Of a stretch of 29,139 nucleotides of DNA, positions 16,320-25,528 are shown piece after piece (positions within the stretch are counted from its first letter, which is position 1; each line of letters opens with the position of its first letter). The stretch is from IMG/VR virus record IMGVR_UViG_3300029930_000011, positions 1 to 29,139 of that record; one strand, written 5' to 3'. Under the pieces are notes generated by a model. That model had not been told where the DNA came from. It worked only from the letters and a program-made list of their open reading frames with translations, and searched no databases. The translations under genes were made by a program, and so were the position numbers. The stretch comes from a virus (Duplodnaviria; Caudoviricetes).

Positions 16320-18407
16320 TTACTTAGTGATACAATCTATTTGTTGCTTAATCTCACCCTGATAGGTTGGTCTTGGCTTAAGTCTTGCCTTCAGAATGGC
16401 GCCATAACCTGTTGAGGTCTTAACTTCAAGTTCTGGTAGATCTCTAATCTCTGTAATATCCTCCAAATCAGTATTTATTGGGAATATCTTGATGATATCT
16501 CCAGCGGTTCCAACTTCAATCTTATATTCAACGGTTGGATTATTTGTATCAATTACCGTGTCGGTATTCTTATACCCAGTTCCAGGATTAATGATGCCAA
16601 TGGCATTGATTACATAAGGTGGTTTAGGACTGGTTGTATCAAGTTTGTCACTAACTGGATAGTTTTCACCTTCGGAAACAATGTAAATATCAATCACTTC
16701 TTTATAAGTTGGTGATGTTTCATCATAATCAACCACTGCTCTGGCTATTGCACCATATCCTTGATTACACTTATCTACAATTTCAACATATGGTGGGTAA
16801 TCATATCCACCACCACCAGTAAGAATGTCAAATCCAATAACACTTCCAGTTGCAGATGCCCCTTCACCTACGATTGATCCAAGAATTGCGGTTGCCGATG
16901 CTCCAGTTCCAGTGCTTCCAAAGAGTTTAACTTCAACACCAGCGCAAGAAAGTGGTGGTCCACCATAGCAGTCAGAAACAATTCCTTCAAATCCTAGTGT
17001 GGAGAACCCTGAGTTAAATATATCTAATGATCCAACTTCTTTTGCCAGGTCGGTGAGTTCTTCACCAATGTTTGTAGAATATTCCGCCAGTGCATATGCA
17101 GCATTTGCAGTCTCCATAATCTTTTGTAGCGAAACACCTGGAGTATTTGTTGCACCTTTACCGATTGTCCATCGATCTGTCTGAGCATTATAGTTTGGTG
17201 CAATTTCATTACAAGACTCACTGACTGCAGCACTTAATAGTCCACCAACACTTGATCTCAAAGAAGAAACAAGATTGAAACCCATTAAAATTTTTTCAAC
17301 GCCACTGAGAACAGGAGACAATAAAGATTCAACTGCTCCGATAATGTGATTAACTAGACCACCAACAAATTGATCGGCAATACAAGTTGAAAAGTTAGTA
17401 ACATTTTCGGCAACTGACTTAAGGAGACCATTGATTATGTTGCCGATTGATGCAAGGACGGAGTTTGCAATACAAGGTAGAGCATCTTGAACTAACTTTA
17501 CAGGTAGTACCATTGCCTGTTGTGCAGCAACACCTGCTTTGTGGGCAATAAATGTGCTTTTGGTAGCGGCAAAAACAAGAGCATATACAGTTCTATAAAG
17601 AAGCTTGAGACCTGCATTTAAGACCGGTGCAAGAACTTCATATAAACTATTAATCATTCCATTAACAAGACCACTTGCAATCTTTTGAATCTTGGCAGTG
17701 ATTTTTCCAATCTCCAGATTAATAAATGCTCTCGCTTCACCGAGAGCACCTTTAACATTATCAGTTATGGTTTGAATTTGATTAACAAAATTATTGATCT
17801 CTGTCGAGATCTTATCAAGCATATTCGATGGTGATGAACTTGCTGCCTTAACAATATCGCCAATACCACTATATGCAGACCTTTCCTCAGGTCCAATCTT
17901 TTGTGCCTGTTGAGGACTTACATTTCTTGGTGATTTAAGTGCGTTGGCATTTTGCTCATTCGCCTGATTTGCAGGAAAATAAGATCCATCATTCTTTATT
18001 TTATTTGTATATCCAGTAAATGGTAAAAAAGGACTGATATAAGTGTTACTTGGAACTTGTGACGTTCTTCCGAAAACTCCAAGTATTACTGGAACTTGTG
18101 CATTATCACCATCTAGAAAGAACCCAAATACGGTATCACTTGGAGAGATTGCAACAGTTTGTGCCTGATTTCCTGCACCAGATCCAGAAGTGGTTGATAA
18201 CAGAACTTGTGCCCAAGGTAGATCTTCATTTGGAAGATCGGCAGTGCTGTATGGGTGATATCCCATAATACGCACTTTAAATCTATTTCCCCACCCAGCA
18301 CCATTAAGTTGTCCGCCGTGACTTTCTTCTGGTGGAATTTGACCTATCCACCAACGGAATCCATCTCTACCAACAAAATTACTTTTTATGAGAGACTCGT
18401 CTATCAT
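16320..18407 (-). CDS. gp5: Baseplate hub / central spike protein gp5-like (OB-fold N-terminus, no lysozyme domain seen)
   Basis: GFRWWIGQI...RFKVRIMGYH...DLPWAQV...VFGFFLDGDNAQVPVILG. Confidence 0.85.
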   Translation of the reverse strand: MIDESLIKSNFVGRDGFRWWIGQIPPEESHGGQLNGAGWGNRFKVRIMGYHPYSTADLPNEDLPWAQVLLSTTSGSGAGNQAQTVAISPSDTVFGFFLDGDNAQVPVILGVFGRTSQVPSNTYISPFLPFTGYTNKIKNDGSYFPANQANEQNANALKSPRNVSPQQAQKIGPEERSAYSGIGDIVKAASSSPSNMLDKISTEINNFVNQIQTITDNVKGALGEARAFINLEIGKITAKIQKIASGLVNGMINSLYEVLAPVLNAGLKLLYRTVYALVFAATKSTFIAHKAGVAAQQAMVLPVKLVQDALPCIANSVLASIGNIINGLLKSVAENVTNFSTCIADQFVGGLVNHIIGAVESLLSPVLSGVEKILMGFNLVSSLRSSVGGLLSAAVSESCNEIAPNYNAQTDRWTIGKGATNTPGVSLQKIMETANAAYALAEYSTNIGEELTDLAKEVGSLDIFNSGFSTLGFEGIVSDCYGGPPLSCAGVEVKLFGSTGTGASATAILGSIVGEGASATGSVIGFDILTGGGGYDYPPYVEIVDKCNQGYGAIARAVVDYDETSPTYKEVIDIYIVSEGENYPVSDKLDTTSPKPPYVINAIGIINPGTGYKNTDTVIDTNNPTVEYKIEVGTAGDIIKIFPINTDLEDITEIRDLPELEVKTSTGYGAILKARLKPRPTYQGEIKQQIDCITK

Positions 18408-19747
18408 TTGTTATTTGTTCCGTATTTTCCAAAAGTATCTCTAATTAGTTTCATTGAAGTATACGATCCTGTCGTGTCAAAGTGATGACACAATTCTTTT
18501 ATCATATATAGACCGCTTTGATCCTGGTCATATTCCTTCTTATCAGATATTGTAGTTTTTGGAAAAAGGCATTCAATAATATCACCTGCTCTCAAATTTG
18601 TATTAGATGGAATAGTCATTGACAACGTTTGTGTGAATAAAACATTGTATCTCATAATCGCCTGAGACTGATATTCAAATGGATCAGAATTTGGTTGTCT
18701 AGAAACACCTTGTTCAAGAGTTCCAATATCTAAAATTTGTGTGAGTATTCTTGATGGGACATCACCAAGAGTTTCATTTGCTCCTGGAGATATTTTCGGA
18801 AGCGTTAATTTTTTACCAAGATTTTTAGATTTTCCTGCATAATCTTCTAGTTTAAATAATCCTTCCTCTGGTCTTGTAAATGTGAAGTTAAAAGGATTAT
18901 AAAACATTCTATAACTTGAATAAGTTCCAAGTCTTAGTTTTTCTAAAAGATTTTGATTTCTATTTGTATAATAAGATAAGATGTTAAAGTCTGCATCTAC
19001 CTGTGCCGCAGATACATTAACTTGACTATAGATATAAGTCGCTTTTGGTTCTTGTGTAATTAAATTATCAATGGACTTAAAATGAAATCCATCCTTAGTT
19101 TGGAAAAAAACAAATCCAGCAGTTGAATCTTTTTTTGCTGTTTCTGGAACTGCCTTCGATGCTAACCAAACCAGAACAGTAAATGGTTTACGAAGATTTC
19201 CAATAAATCCATACTTATTAGAAGTTTGATCAACATCTATTCTTTTATTTGTTCTTAGATATTCTTGAATAATATTTTCTACTGATGAAGAAATAGATGA
19301 CGATGTTTGATATTTTTTAACAACTCTTGAAGTTTCATTTGTGATTGCCTCACGAGATACCAGATTTAAAACAAAAGACTCTCTTTGTGTTTCACTAAGA
19401 ACATTTGTAATACTTGAAACATAAAGATAATCTCTAGGGTTCGTTGCAAAATCTAGACCAGGATTTTTCTCAGAGTTTCCTGCTATTTTGAGTGCAACTC
19501 TTTCCCCACCTCTGAGGGGTAAACCATTGTAGATAGATTGTAACTCACCATCAGGTCTACCTTGATTGTCAGATCCAGCTATTGAGTTACCTGTATTTGT
19601 TACAATGATCTTAGCAGTAATTGTTGGCGAGAAAATATCCTCATAATAATCAATAGAAACCGCACCAAGTTTGATATCAACCGTCTTTTTTTGATCGGCA
19701 GATTCTATAAAAAGTTGTTCATATATTGACTTATTAATCGCTGCCAT
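18404..19747 (-). CDS. Baseplate hub protein (gp27-like)
   Basis: YYEDIFSPTITAKI...LPLRGGERV; FFQTKDGFHFKSIDNL; LRAGDII...SGLYMIKELCH; sits between tape-measure-like genes and gp5. Confidence 0.65.
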   Translation of the reverse strand: MAAINKSIYEQLFIESADQKKTVDIKLGAVSIDYYEDIFSPTITAKIIVTNTGNSIAGSDNQGRPDGELQSIYNGLPLRGGERVALKIAGNSEKNPGLDFATNPRDYLYVSSITNVLSETQRESFVLNLVSREAITNETSRVVKKYQTSSSISSSVENIIQEYLRTNKRIDVDQTSNKYGFIGNLRKPFTVLVWLASKAVPETAKKDSTAGFVFFQTKDGFHFKSIDNLITQEPKATYIYSQVNVSAAQVDADFNILSYYTNRNQNLLEKLRLGTYSSYRMFYNPFNFTFTRPEEGLFKLEDYAGKSKNLGKKLTLPKISPGANETLGDVPSRILTQILDIGTLEQGVSRQPNSDPFEYQSQAIMRYNVLFTQTLSMTIPSNTNLRAGDIIECLFPKTTISDKKEYDQDQSGLYMIKELCHHFDTTGSYTSMKLIRDTFGKYGTNNK

Positions 19748-21700
19748 TTATGTGTATGCTAGATCTAGTAAAAGTTTTTGTGCTATCATTCTATTTAACG
19801 GAATTTCATCGGATCCCATAATATTTAAACCTCCACTTTCACCACCACCCATTGATATTTGCTGTTGAGGTTGTTGTGAAGGTAAGGGAATAAAGATAGT
19901 CTGTCCTCTTCTTTCTTGTGCCAGTTGCTGTTCTTGCTGTTGCTTTTGCTCTGCAGTAAGTCCTTGAACCTGAGCTGCTGATATTTGAGTTCCTCGTTGG
20001 ACGGCAGCAGCTGCTCCTGTTTTCCTACCAATGTCCAAAAGATTTAAATATGGTTTTGGATTAATAGGTCTTCCATTGGGACGAACCTCATAATGTAAGT
20101 GTATTCCCGATGACACACCAGTATTGCCTATTTCACCGATCACTTCACCATTATATGCTCTACCTTTTTGAACCATTATTCTTGCGAGGTGTGCAAAATA
20201 ATAGTCAGTGTTGCCTGATTTAATGATTACAAGATTTCCATAACCACCAAAAACTCCAGCAAATATCACTGTACCAGATGCTTTGAATCCAACATACCAT
20301 CCAGTTTGTCCACCGGTATTAATATCAATACCTGCATGACTTCTCCCACCTCTTCTTGGAGCCCCATATAATCCACCTTTTTCGGTTAGATTGACAGTTT
20401 TTGTTCCACCAGCAGCAATATTGACAGTATCAACTACGGAACTTCTTCCAGTTACTGCTGGAGATGGAGGCACTGCTGCGGGTAAATTAAATGGAGCTGG
20501 ACCTTCTTTTCTAATAGGATCTCCTCTATTTGGATCTGTAAGAAACTGATTATCACCTGCACCACCACGCCATGCAGTTCCAGGGAGACGACCATTCGGA
20601 TTATTTTGTGGAGATGCTCTAAAATCAAATGCTCCACCAACAAATTTTGCAGAGTTTGCTTGTAAAGTTGGATTTTGAATGTCTGAAATAATTCTCAAAA
20701 GAGTTGCTTTACTTTGTCCTGACCACTTAGCAGCATCTTCTAATGTTTGAATTTGTCTAAATGCTTTTGGACCACCAGGTCTTTTCCATACTCCCTCAAA
20801 TGCTACATTCTTTCCACCAGTTCCAGCAGAAAGAATGTCCGTATAAGTTGCACCATATCTCCCAGATGCTTTTCTATTCACAACAACTTGCATCATATCA
20901 ACGGTCGATTGTGGACCACTTCCTTCCGTAGCAAGAGCAGCAGCAATCCGATACATTTCTGCAGATTTAGGATCTGGTAACCCAGTTCCAGGCAAACCAG
21001 GTTCCACATCAGGTGGCGCTGCTGGTTGTCCTGTTTCATCAATGTCAAGTTGATCAAATCCAAGGTTCAATGGTTGAGATAAAAGATTGATTGCAATATC
21101 AAAACTTCTTTCCATACCTAAGAAACCAGTTTGAATTTGATTGAGACCATTTTGAATTTGTTGATTTTGACTATCAAAATCAAATGTAATTAAACTTCTA
21201 AATGCTCCAGTGATTAATGTTCCAAATCCAGAAAGTGATGTCGTTAAACCAGACACAAATCCTCTAAGAACTCCAACCAAACTAACAATTCTTCGTATGA
21301 GTTGTTCTCCTAATTTAATAATGGTTGGTAAGTTTATCAGTAACCAACCAACCATCAAAGTTCCAACAAAATCTATTATTCTTCCTAGAAACCCCTTTGT
21401 ACTATTAGAAATAACTTTTCCTTGTCTTTTAATTGCACCACCAATTCCAGAGGCTTCAACGATATCTTCTCTTTCTCTTCTTCTTACTGCCTCTCTTCTT
21501 TTTTGAAAATTTGTTTTATCAAAACTTAGTGCTTGCCTTCTTTCACGATTTGCTAAAGTTAATCGTTTATTTGTTTTAAGTGTTGATTTTTGAGCACTAT
21601 CAAGACTTTTATTAAAAGAATTCACAGACTTACTAATATTCGCCACTCCTATTGAAGATCTAATAAGAGTTCTTTGAACTTGCTGCGTTGTTGCTGCCAT
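19748..21700 (-). CDS. Tape-measure-like tail protein with SleB/Hydrolase_2-like and M23 peptidase domains
   Basis: Coiled-coil/amphipathic N-third; ALATEG...QVVVNR; M23 Zn motifs HAGID, YFAHL and HLHYEV. Confidence 0.8.
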   Translation of the reverse strand: MAATTQQVQRTLIRSSIGVANISKSVNSFNKSLDSAQKSTLKTNKRLTLANRERRQALSFDKTNFQKRREAVRRREREDIVEASGIGGAIKRQGKVISNSTKGFLGRIIDFVGTLMVGWLLINLPTIIKLGEQLIRRIVSLVGVLRGFVSGLTTSLSGFGTLITGAFRSLITFDFDSQNQQIQNGLNQIQTGFLGMERSFDIAINLLSQPLNLGFDQLDIDETGQPAAPPDVEPGLPGTGLPDPKSAEMYRIAAALATEGSGPQSTVDMMQVVVNRKASGRYGATYTDILSAGTGGKNVAFEGVWKRPGGPKAFRQIQTLEDAAKWSGQSKATLLRIISDIQNPTLQANSAKFVGGAFDFRASPQNNPNGRLPGTAWRGGAGDNQFLTDPNRGDPIRKEGPAPFNLPAAVPPSPAVTGRSSVVDTVNIAAGGTKTVNLTEKGGLYGAPRRGGRSHAGIDINTGGQTGWYVGFKASGTVIFAGVFGGYGNLVIIKSGNTDYYFAHLARIMVQKGRAYNGEVIGEIGNTGVSSGIHLHYEVRPNGRPINPKPYLNLLDIGRKTGAAAAVQRGTQISAAQVQGLTAEQKQQQEQQLAQERRGQTIFIPLPSQQPQQQISMGGGESGGLNIMGSDEIPLNRMIAQKLLLDLAYT

Positions 21701-21701
21701 A

Positions 21702-23246
21702 CTAGATCACCACATTATAGTGTATCTGAGAATATAATGTATAGAAATTATCAGGATTTGAAGTTGCAAATGATGGTATATAATTAGCAGGAGTAGAAGA
21801 AGATCCCGATGGCGCCGATACCGCCGCTGCAGCAGGTGTTGGAGGTATTGGGATAACTGTTGGTGGTGGTTCTGGTAATGGACCAACTTTTTGCGTCATT
21901 TCAGTCATATCTTGTTTGATTGGAGTAATCTGTGCATCCAACAAACTAACTTTATCTGGACTTTCAAAAAATGAACTAGCAACACTAGAAGCATCTGCAG
22001 TAGTTTGTGTTCCAAGTATCTGAGCAATATTGATTTCACCACCTTCTGCTTTCTGTCTAAAATCTTGACCTTGTTCTGCAGACTTTATACCATCTTTACC
22101 AGACCCTGTTAAGTCAAGATTAGAACCAAAAGATAATGATGTAATCTTATTATTCATTGGTTGTGAAAGCATTGATGGATCAACTCCTGGTCCACCACTT
22201 GCTTCTTGTTTTGGCACTAAAAAGTCATATCCTTTTTTATAAAGATCCACTACAGGACCAAAACCAAATATTCCTGTTGCTAAAGTTACTGGTACTTTAA
22301 AAAATCCAGGAACAAATTTTGAAGCTGTGCTTGCAAGTCCCCCAACGGTTGCTGCAGCTGCAGTATTAGTGGTTATTGCCTTAGCTGGATCTTCACCTTG
22401 CATCATATCAAATATTCCAGCACCAAAACCCAGCAAGGCATTTGATGGTGAAAATGGTGTTGCTGCTGAAGTTGCAGCACTAGCTGCAGCAGCTCCGGTT
22501 CTACTAAATCCTGGTAAAAGTTTTTTTATCTTTGGAATAATTTTATCTGCGGCACCTTTAATTCCATCAAGAAGTGCCTGTACAGGTCTTACAAATAGAT
22601 TATTTGAAACTGCGGCAAGTACTTTACTAACAACTCTTGTTATAATATTGTATAGACCAACTAATCCAAATCGTATTGCCGCGTATATACCACCAATGAC
22701 CCCAAGAGTTTTGACAACACTATTCTTGATATCATTTAATTTAGTTTTGTTATTTTCATTCAGAGCTTTAATTGTTTCTATACCTTGATTTAATAACCAT
22801 CCTGATAAAAGAACGGTAAAAAATCCTATTAAACGAGATAGCGTGAATGATGCTTTTGCCGCAACTCTTTGAACTGGAGAAACTAAAGCACTCTGTATTT
22901 TTCTTTCAATGACTGCTTCTTTTCCTTCTCTTAATTGCTGCTCCGCAAGTGTCCTTTCTTGATTTTGGTTTTGTATTTCTCTTTGTCGTTCTAGTGCTGC
23001 ACCAGTTCCAATATTTGCAGACATTAAAGTGAGTGATCCGTTCAAAGCATCCATTTTTTGAGAAATGGATTGCAGTTGTCCAGCAACTGTGTTTAATGCC
23101 AGAGAGTTTCTAGAAATTAAAGTAGTTGTAACTGGATCTGGTTGAACAACAGGGGGTGGAACTGCTCTGCCCGTGAACATATCGGCAGACACAGTTCTTC
23201 TGGCAACTCTCAAACCTCCTGATAGTGGCGATTGTACCTCAGCCAT
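21702..23246 (-). CDS. Tape-measure / baseplate hub-like protein (gp29-like)
   Basis: Coiled coil then Ala/Gly-rich amphipathic helices; directly follows gp26/gp51. Confidence 0.55.
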   Translation of the reverse strand: MAEVQSPLSGGLRVARRTVSADMFTGRAVPPPVVQPDPVTTTLISRNSLALNTVAGQLQSISQKMDALNGSLTLMSANIGTGAALERQREIQNQNQERTLAEQQLREGKEAVIERKIQSALVSPVQRVAAKASFTLSRLIGFFTVLLSGWLLNQGIETIKALNENNKTKLNDIKNSVVKTLGVIGGIYAAIRFGLVGLYNIITRVVSKVLAAVSNNLFVRPVQALLDGIKGAADKIIPKIKKLLPGFSRTGAAAASAATSAATPFSPSNALLGFGAGIFDMMQGEDPAKAITTNTAAAATVGGLASTASKFVPGFFKVPVTLATGIFGFGPVVDLYKKGYDFLVPKQEASGGPGVDPSMLSQPMNNKITSLSFGSNLDLTGSGKDGIKSAEQGQDFRQKAEGGEINIAQILGTQTTADASSVASSFFESPDKVSLLDAQITPIKQDMTEMTQKVGPLPEPPPTVIPIPPTPAAAAVSAPSGSSSTPANYIPSFATSNPDNFYTLYSQIHYNVVI

Positions 23247-23412
23247 TCATCCCCTGTTTTAAGTTTTCTTCTTCAATATATTGCTTGAGAAGAGAAAGAT
23301 AAATTTCTCTCTCCCAAGGTATCATATTTTCTAACTCTGTCAAGCTATATTTATGGTGTTGCATCAAGGCAAAATTGACTTTGTAGTATGACTCAAGATC
23401 CTCGTGAGCCAT
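23239..23412 (-). CDS. gp51: gp51-like baseplate hub assembly protein, 57 aa; not in the ORF track
   Basis: MAHEDLESYYKVNFALMQHHKYSLTELENMIPWEREIYLSLLKQYIEEENLKQGMNG; fills the gap between gp26 and the next gene. Confidence 0.85.
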   Translation of the reverse strand: MAHEDLESYYKVNFALMQHHKYSLTELENMIPWEREIYLSLLKQYIEEENLKQGMNG

Positions 23413-23414
23413 AC

Positions 23415-24131
23415 TCACCCGAAAAAAGCTGACAAACCCTCCAGAACAACTTCACTTTCAACACCAGTCTTCGGATTGGTAACCTTAATATTATGAGATA
23501 GTTTTGGCATTGTATCAAAGAACTTTTCAATTTCTTTAAATTGCTTTGAACTCAGTTGCTCAACAAACTCTAAAAGTTCTTTTTTAGTACAATCAGATGC
23601 AGCCCAAGATTCTTCTTCGGAATAAATTTGTTCAATACAAGAAGCAATCAAATCAAATGTTTCTGCAACTCCAATATCACCACTTGAGAAATTATTTTTG
23701 ATAAACTCATCCATTGAAGGATATTTCATTCTAAGAGTTAGATTATCATCTAGTTTAATGTCTCTAGAATGATTATCATCAATCTGAACTTTAATATCAT
23801 CTAGATTGATTAGTGTTGGGACTTGAGTTATATTATCGTCTGGGCAAGTAATCATAACTTCAACATCTTCTCCAACAGACTTTCCACGAATGTTCAAGAA
23901 GAGATATTCAATGTCAAAGGTAGAAAGTTCATTAACTTTAACACCTTTAGTCAAAATACAGGAAGATATGACATTTTTTACGGCGTTTGCTATCTGTTTA
24001 TTATCTTCGCTTTCCATTGCAATAATTAAAATCTTTTCTTCTTTAACTAGAAAAGGTCTGTATTTAATGGATTGGTTTAATGAAGGTATTTCCAACTCAT
24101 ATGTTGGTGTAGAAATCTTTGGTAAAGGCAT
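23415..24131 (-). CDS. gp26: Baseplate hub assembly protein gp26-like
   Basis: MPLPKISTPTYEL...YRPFLVKEEKIL...FDIEYLFLNIRGKSVGE...FFDTMPKL...LEGLSAFF. Confidence 0.9.
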   Translation of the reverse strand: MPLPKISTPTYELEIPSLNQSIKYRPFLVKEEKILIIAMESEDNKQIANAVKNVISSCILTKGVKVNELSTFDIEYLFLNIRGKSVGEDVEVMITCPDDNITQVPTLINLDDIKVQIDDNHSRDIKLDDNLTLRMKYPSMDEFIKNNFSSGDIGVAETFDLIASCIEQIYSEEESWAASDCTKKELLEFVEQLSSKQFKEIEKFFDTMPKLSHNIKVTNPKTGVESEVVLEGLSAFFG

Positions 24132-24154
24132 AATAACCTACAAATCATTAAAAA

Positions 24155-24162
24155 TATTTAGA
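24155..24162 (-). promoter_or_regulatory. Late promoter variant TCTAAATA
   Basis: 23 nt upstream of the gp26 ATG; overlaps the upstream stop. Confidence 0.6.
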
Positions 24163-25003
24163 GAGTTCTTCTAGTGCCTAATTGTTCTCCAGTTCCTCTT
24201 CTTCCAGATAAAGTTTCATAGATTTGTCCAGTAACAATCGCCTCACCAGGAGGAACATCAAAAGGTCTAAATCTTACACCACCACCTCCAGATGCTCCAG
24301 CAGACATTGGAACATAAAGTGGTCTATTTTGCGAAGTTTCATTTATAAAACTTGTTGTCGAAGATGAATCTTTATTGTTGTCTTCTCTTCTGGCAACATC
24401 AATACTATGAGTTCTTCCGCAAACATATCGCTCATAACTAAATGAAGCACTTGCCTTTAAAATTGAAGAAGATTCATATGATACTGATGTTGAATTAAGT
24501 GCCAGTGGAAATAATCCGTAGAATGTATATTCAATATATCTTCTATAATCTCTGTCAAATTTTATAATTCTTGTTGCATTTGTTTTATATTGTTCTGGAT
24601 ATCTCATCCTAAAATGATACCCTGATTTGTATGGGGATTCTCTAGATCCACTAGAAATAAACTCCATCCAATGCTCTAAAAACTTTAAAGTCTTATATGC
24701 ATGATCTACATAAAACTCTAAATCTATTTGAGTAAAAGTTCTGGTGTGCGCCATCTTTTCAGCAACACCTGTAAAGTTTCCAACAATATCTGTTGTTGCA
24801 AAAGAACTTCCAGGTAAAGAAGCACTATTGCACAGAAGTCCTATAGACTCACCAATAAATCTTGTGTCAATTTCTCTTGCCCTTAAATAATCTCTTAAGT
24901 TTGGAGATAGACCACCAAAAATCACTTGATAGTGTGAAGTCTGTGCAAGTCTTCCAAAAAGTGGTTTGAACTCTGATATCTTCCTTGGTATTGGTGCTGG
25001 CAC
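24158..25003 (-). CDS. Tail-tube-fold protein (gp54/gp19-like tube initiator), GTG start
   Basis: LLCNSASLPG...LEFYVD...FLEHWMEFI...GLFPLAL...ASFSYERY tube-fold pattern. Confidence 0.7.
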   Translation of the reverse strand: MPAPIPRKISEFKPLFGRLAQTSHYQVIFGGLSPNLRDYLRAREIDTRFIGESIGLLCNSASLPGSSFATTDIVGNFTGVAEKMAHTRTFTQIDLEFYVDHAYKTLKFLEHWMEFISSGSRESPYKSGYHFRMRYPEQYKTNATRIIKFDRDYRRYIEYTFYGLFPLALNSTSVSYESSSILKASASFSYERYVCGRTHSIDVARREDNNKDSSSTTSFINETSQNRPLYVPMSAGASGGGGVRFRPFDVPPGEAIVTGQIYETLSGRRGTGEQLGTRRTL

Positions 25004-25011
25004 TCTAAATA
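25004..25011 (+). promoter_or_regulatory. Late promoter variant TCTAAATA for the gp4 operon
   Basis: 32 nt upstream of the ATG at 25044. Confidence 0.6.
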
Positions 25012-25036
25012 CCTATTGTGAGCGTTTGAGTATAGT

Positions 25037-25044
25037 TATTTAGA
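25037..25044 (-). promoter_or_regulatory. Late promoter variant TCTAAATA for the leftward tail operon
   Basis: 33 nt upstream of the GTG at 25003. Confidence 0.6.
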
Positions 25045-25475
25045 TGTCATATAAGGGAAAATACAAACCATCATATCCAGAAAAATATAAAGGAGATCCC
25101 ACAAATATTATATACAGATCATTGTGGGAGAGAAAATTTTGTGTATACTGTGATTTGAATGAAAATGTTTTGGAGTGGGCATCGGAAGAAAAGTGTGTTG
25201 CCTATAGATCTCCGATTGATGGTAAGGTTCATAGATACTTTCCAGACTTTATGATTAAAGTCAGAGAAGAAAATGGGTCAATTAAAAAATATGTGATTGA
25301 GATCAAACCAAAACGGCAAACTATTCCACCACCAAAACCAAAAAGACAGACCAAAGGATATGTCTATGAGGCATATGAGTATGCCAAAAACCAGGCAAAG
25401 TGGGCGGCAGCAAGAGAATGGTGTGCTGATCGTGGTTATGAGTTCAAGGTTATTACTGAGAATGAACTTTTTTAG
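25044..25475 (+). CDS. gp4: Head completion nuclease gp4 (TnsA-like PD-(D/E)xK)
   Basis: KYKGDPTNIIYRSLWE...HRYFPDF...IEIKP...NQAKWAAA...FKVITE. Confidence 0.92.
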   Translation: MSYKGKYKPSYPEKYKGDPTNIIYRSLWERKFCVYCDLNENVLEWASEEKCVAYRSPIDGKVHRYFPDFMIKVREENGSIKKYVIEIKPKRQTIPPPKPKRQTKGYVYEAYEYAKNQAKWAAAREWCADRGYEFKVITENELF

Positions 25476-25528
25476 TTATAGATAATAAAAAAATTGAAAA
25501 TAAAACCAGATGAAAGTATATTATACAT

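Noticed and set aside
22327-22788. 153-aa plus-strand ORF, and similar antisense ORFs at 683, 2138, 2205, 3059, 7092, 8832, 11079 and 21210
   Set aside because: Antisense shadows of Gly/Ala/Thr-rich structural genes; no independent signals or recognisable motifs.
25044-25475. TnsA-like nuclease as a transposon or homing element
   Set aside because: Sequence and context match the core T4-like head completion protein gp4; no transposon ends or partner genes.
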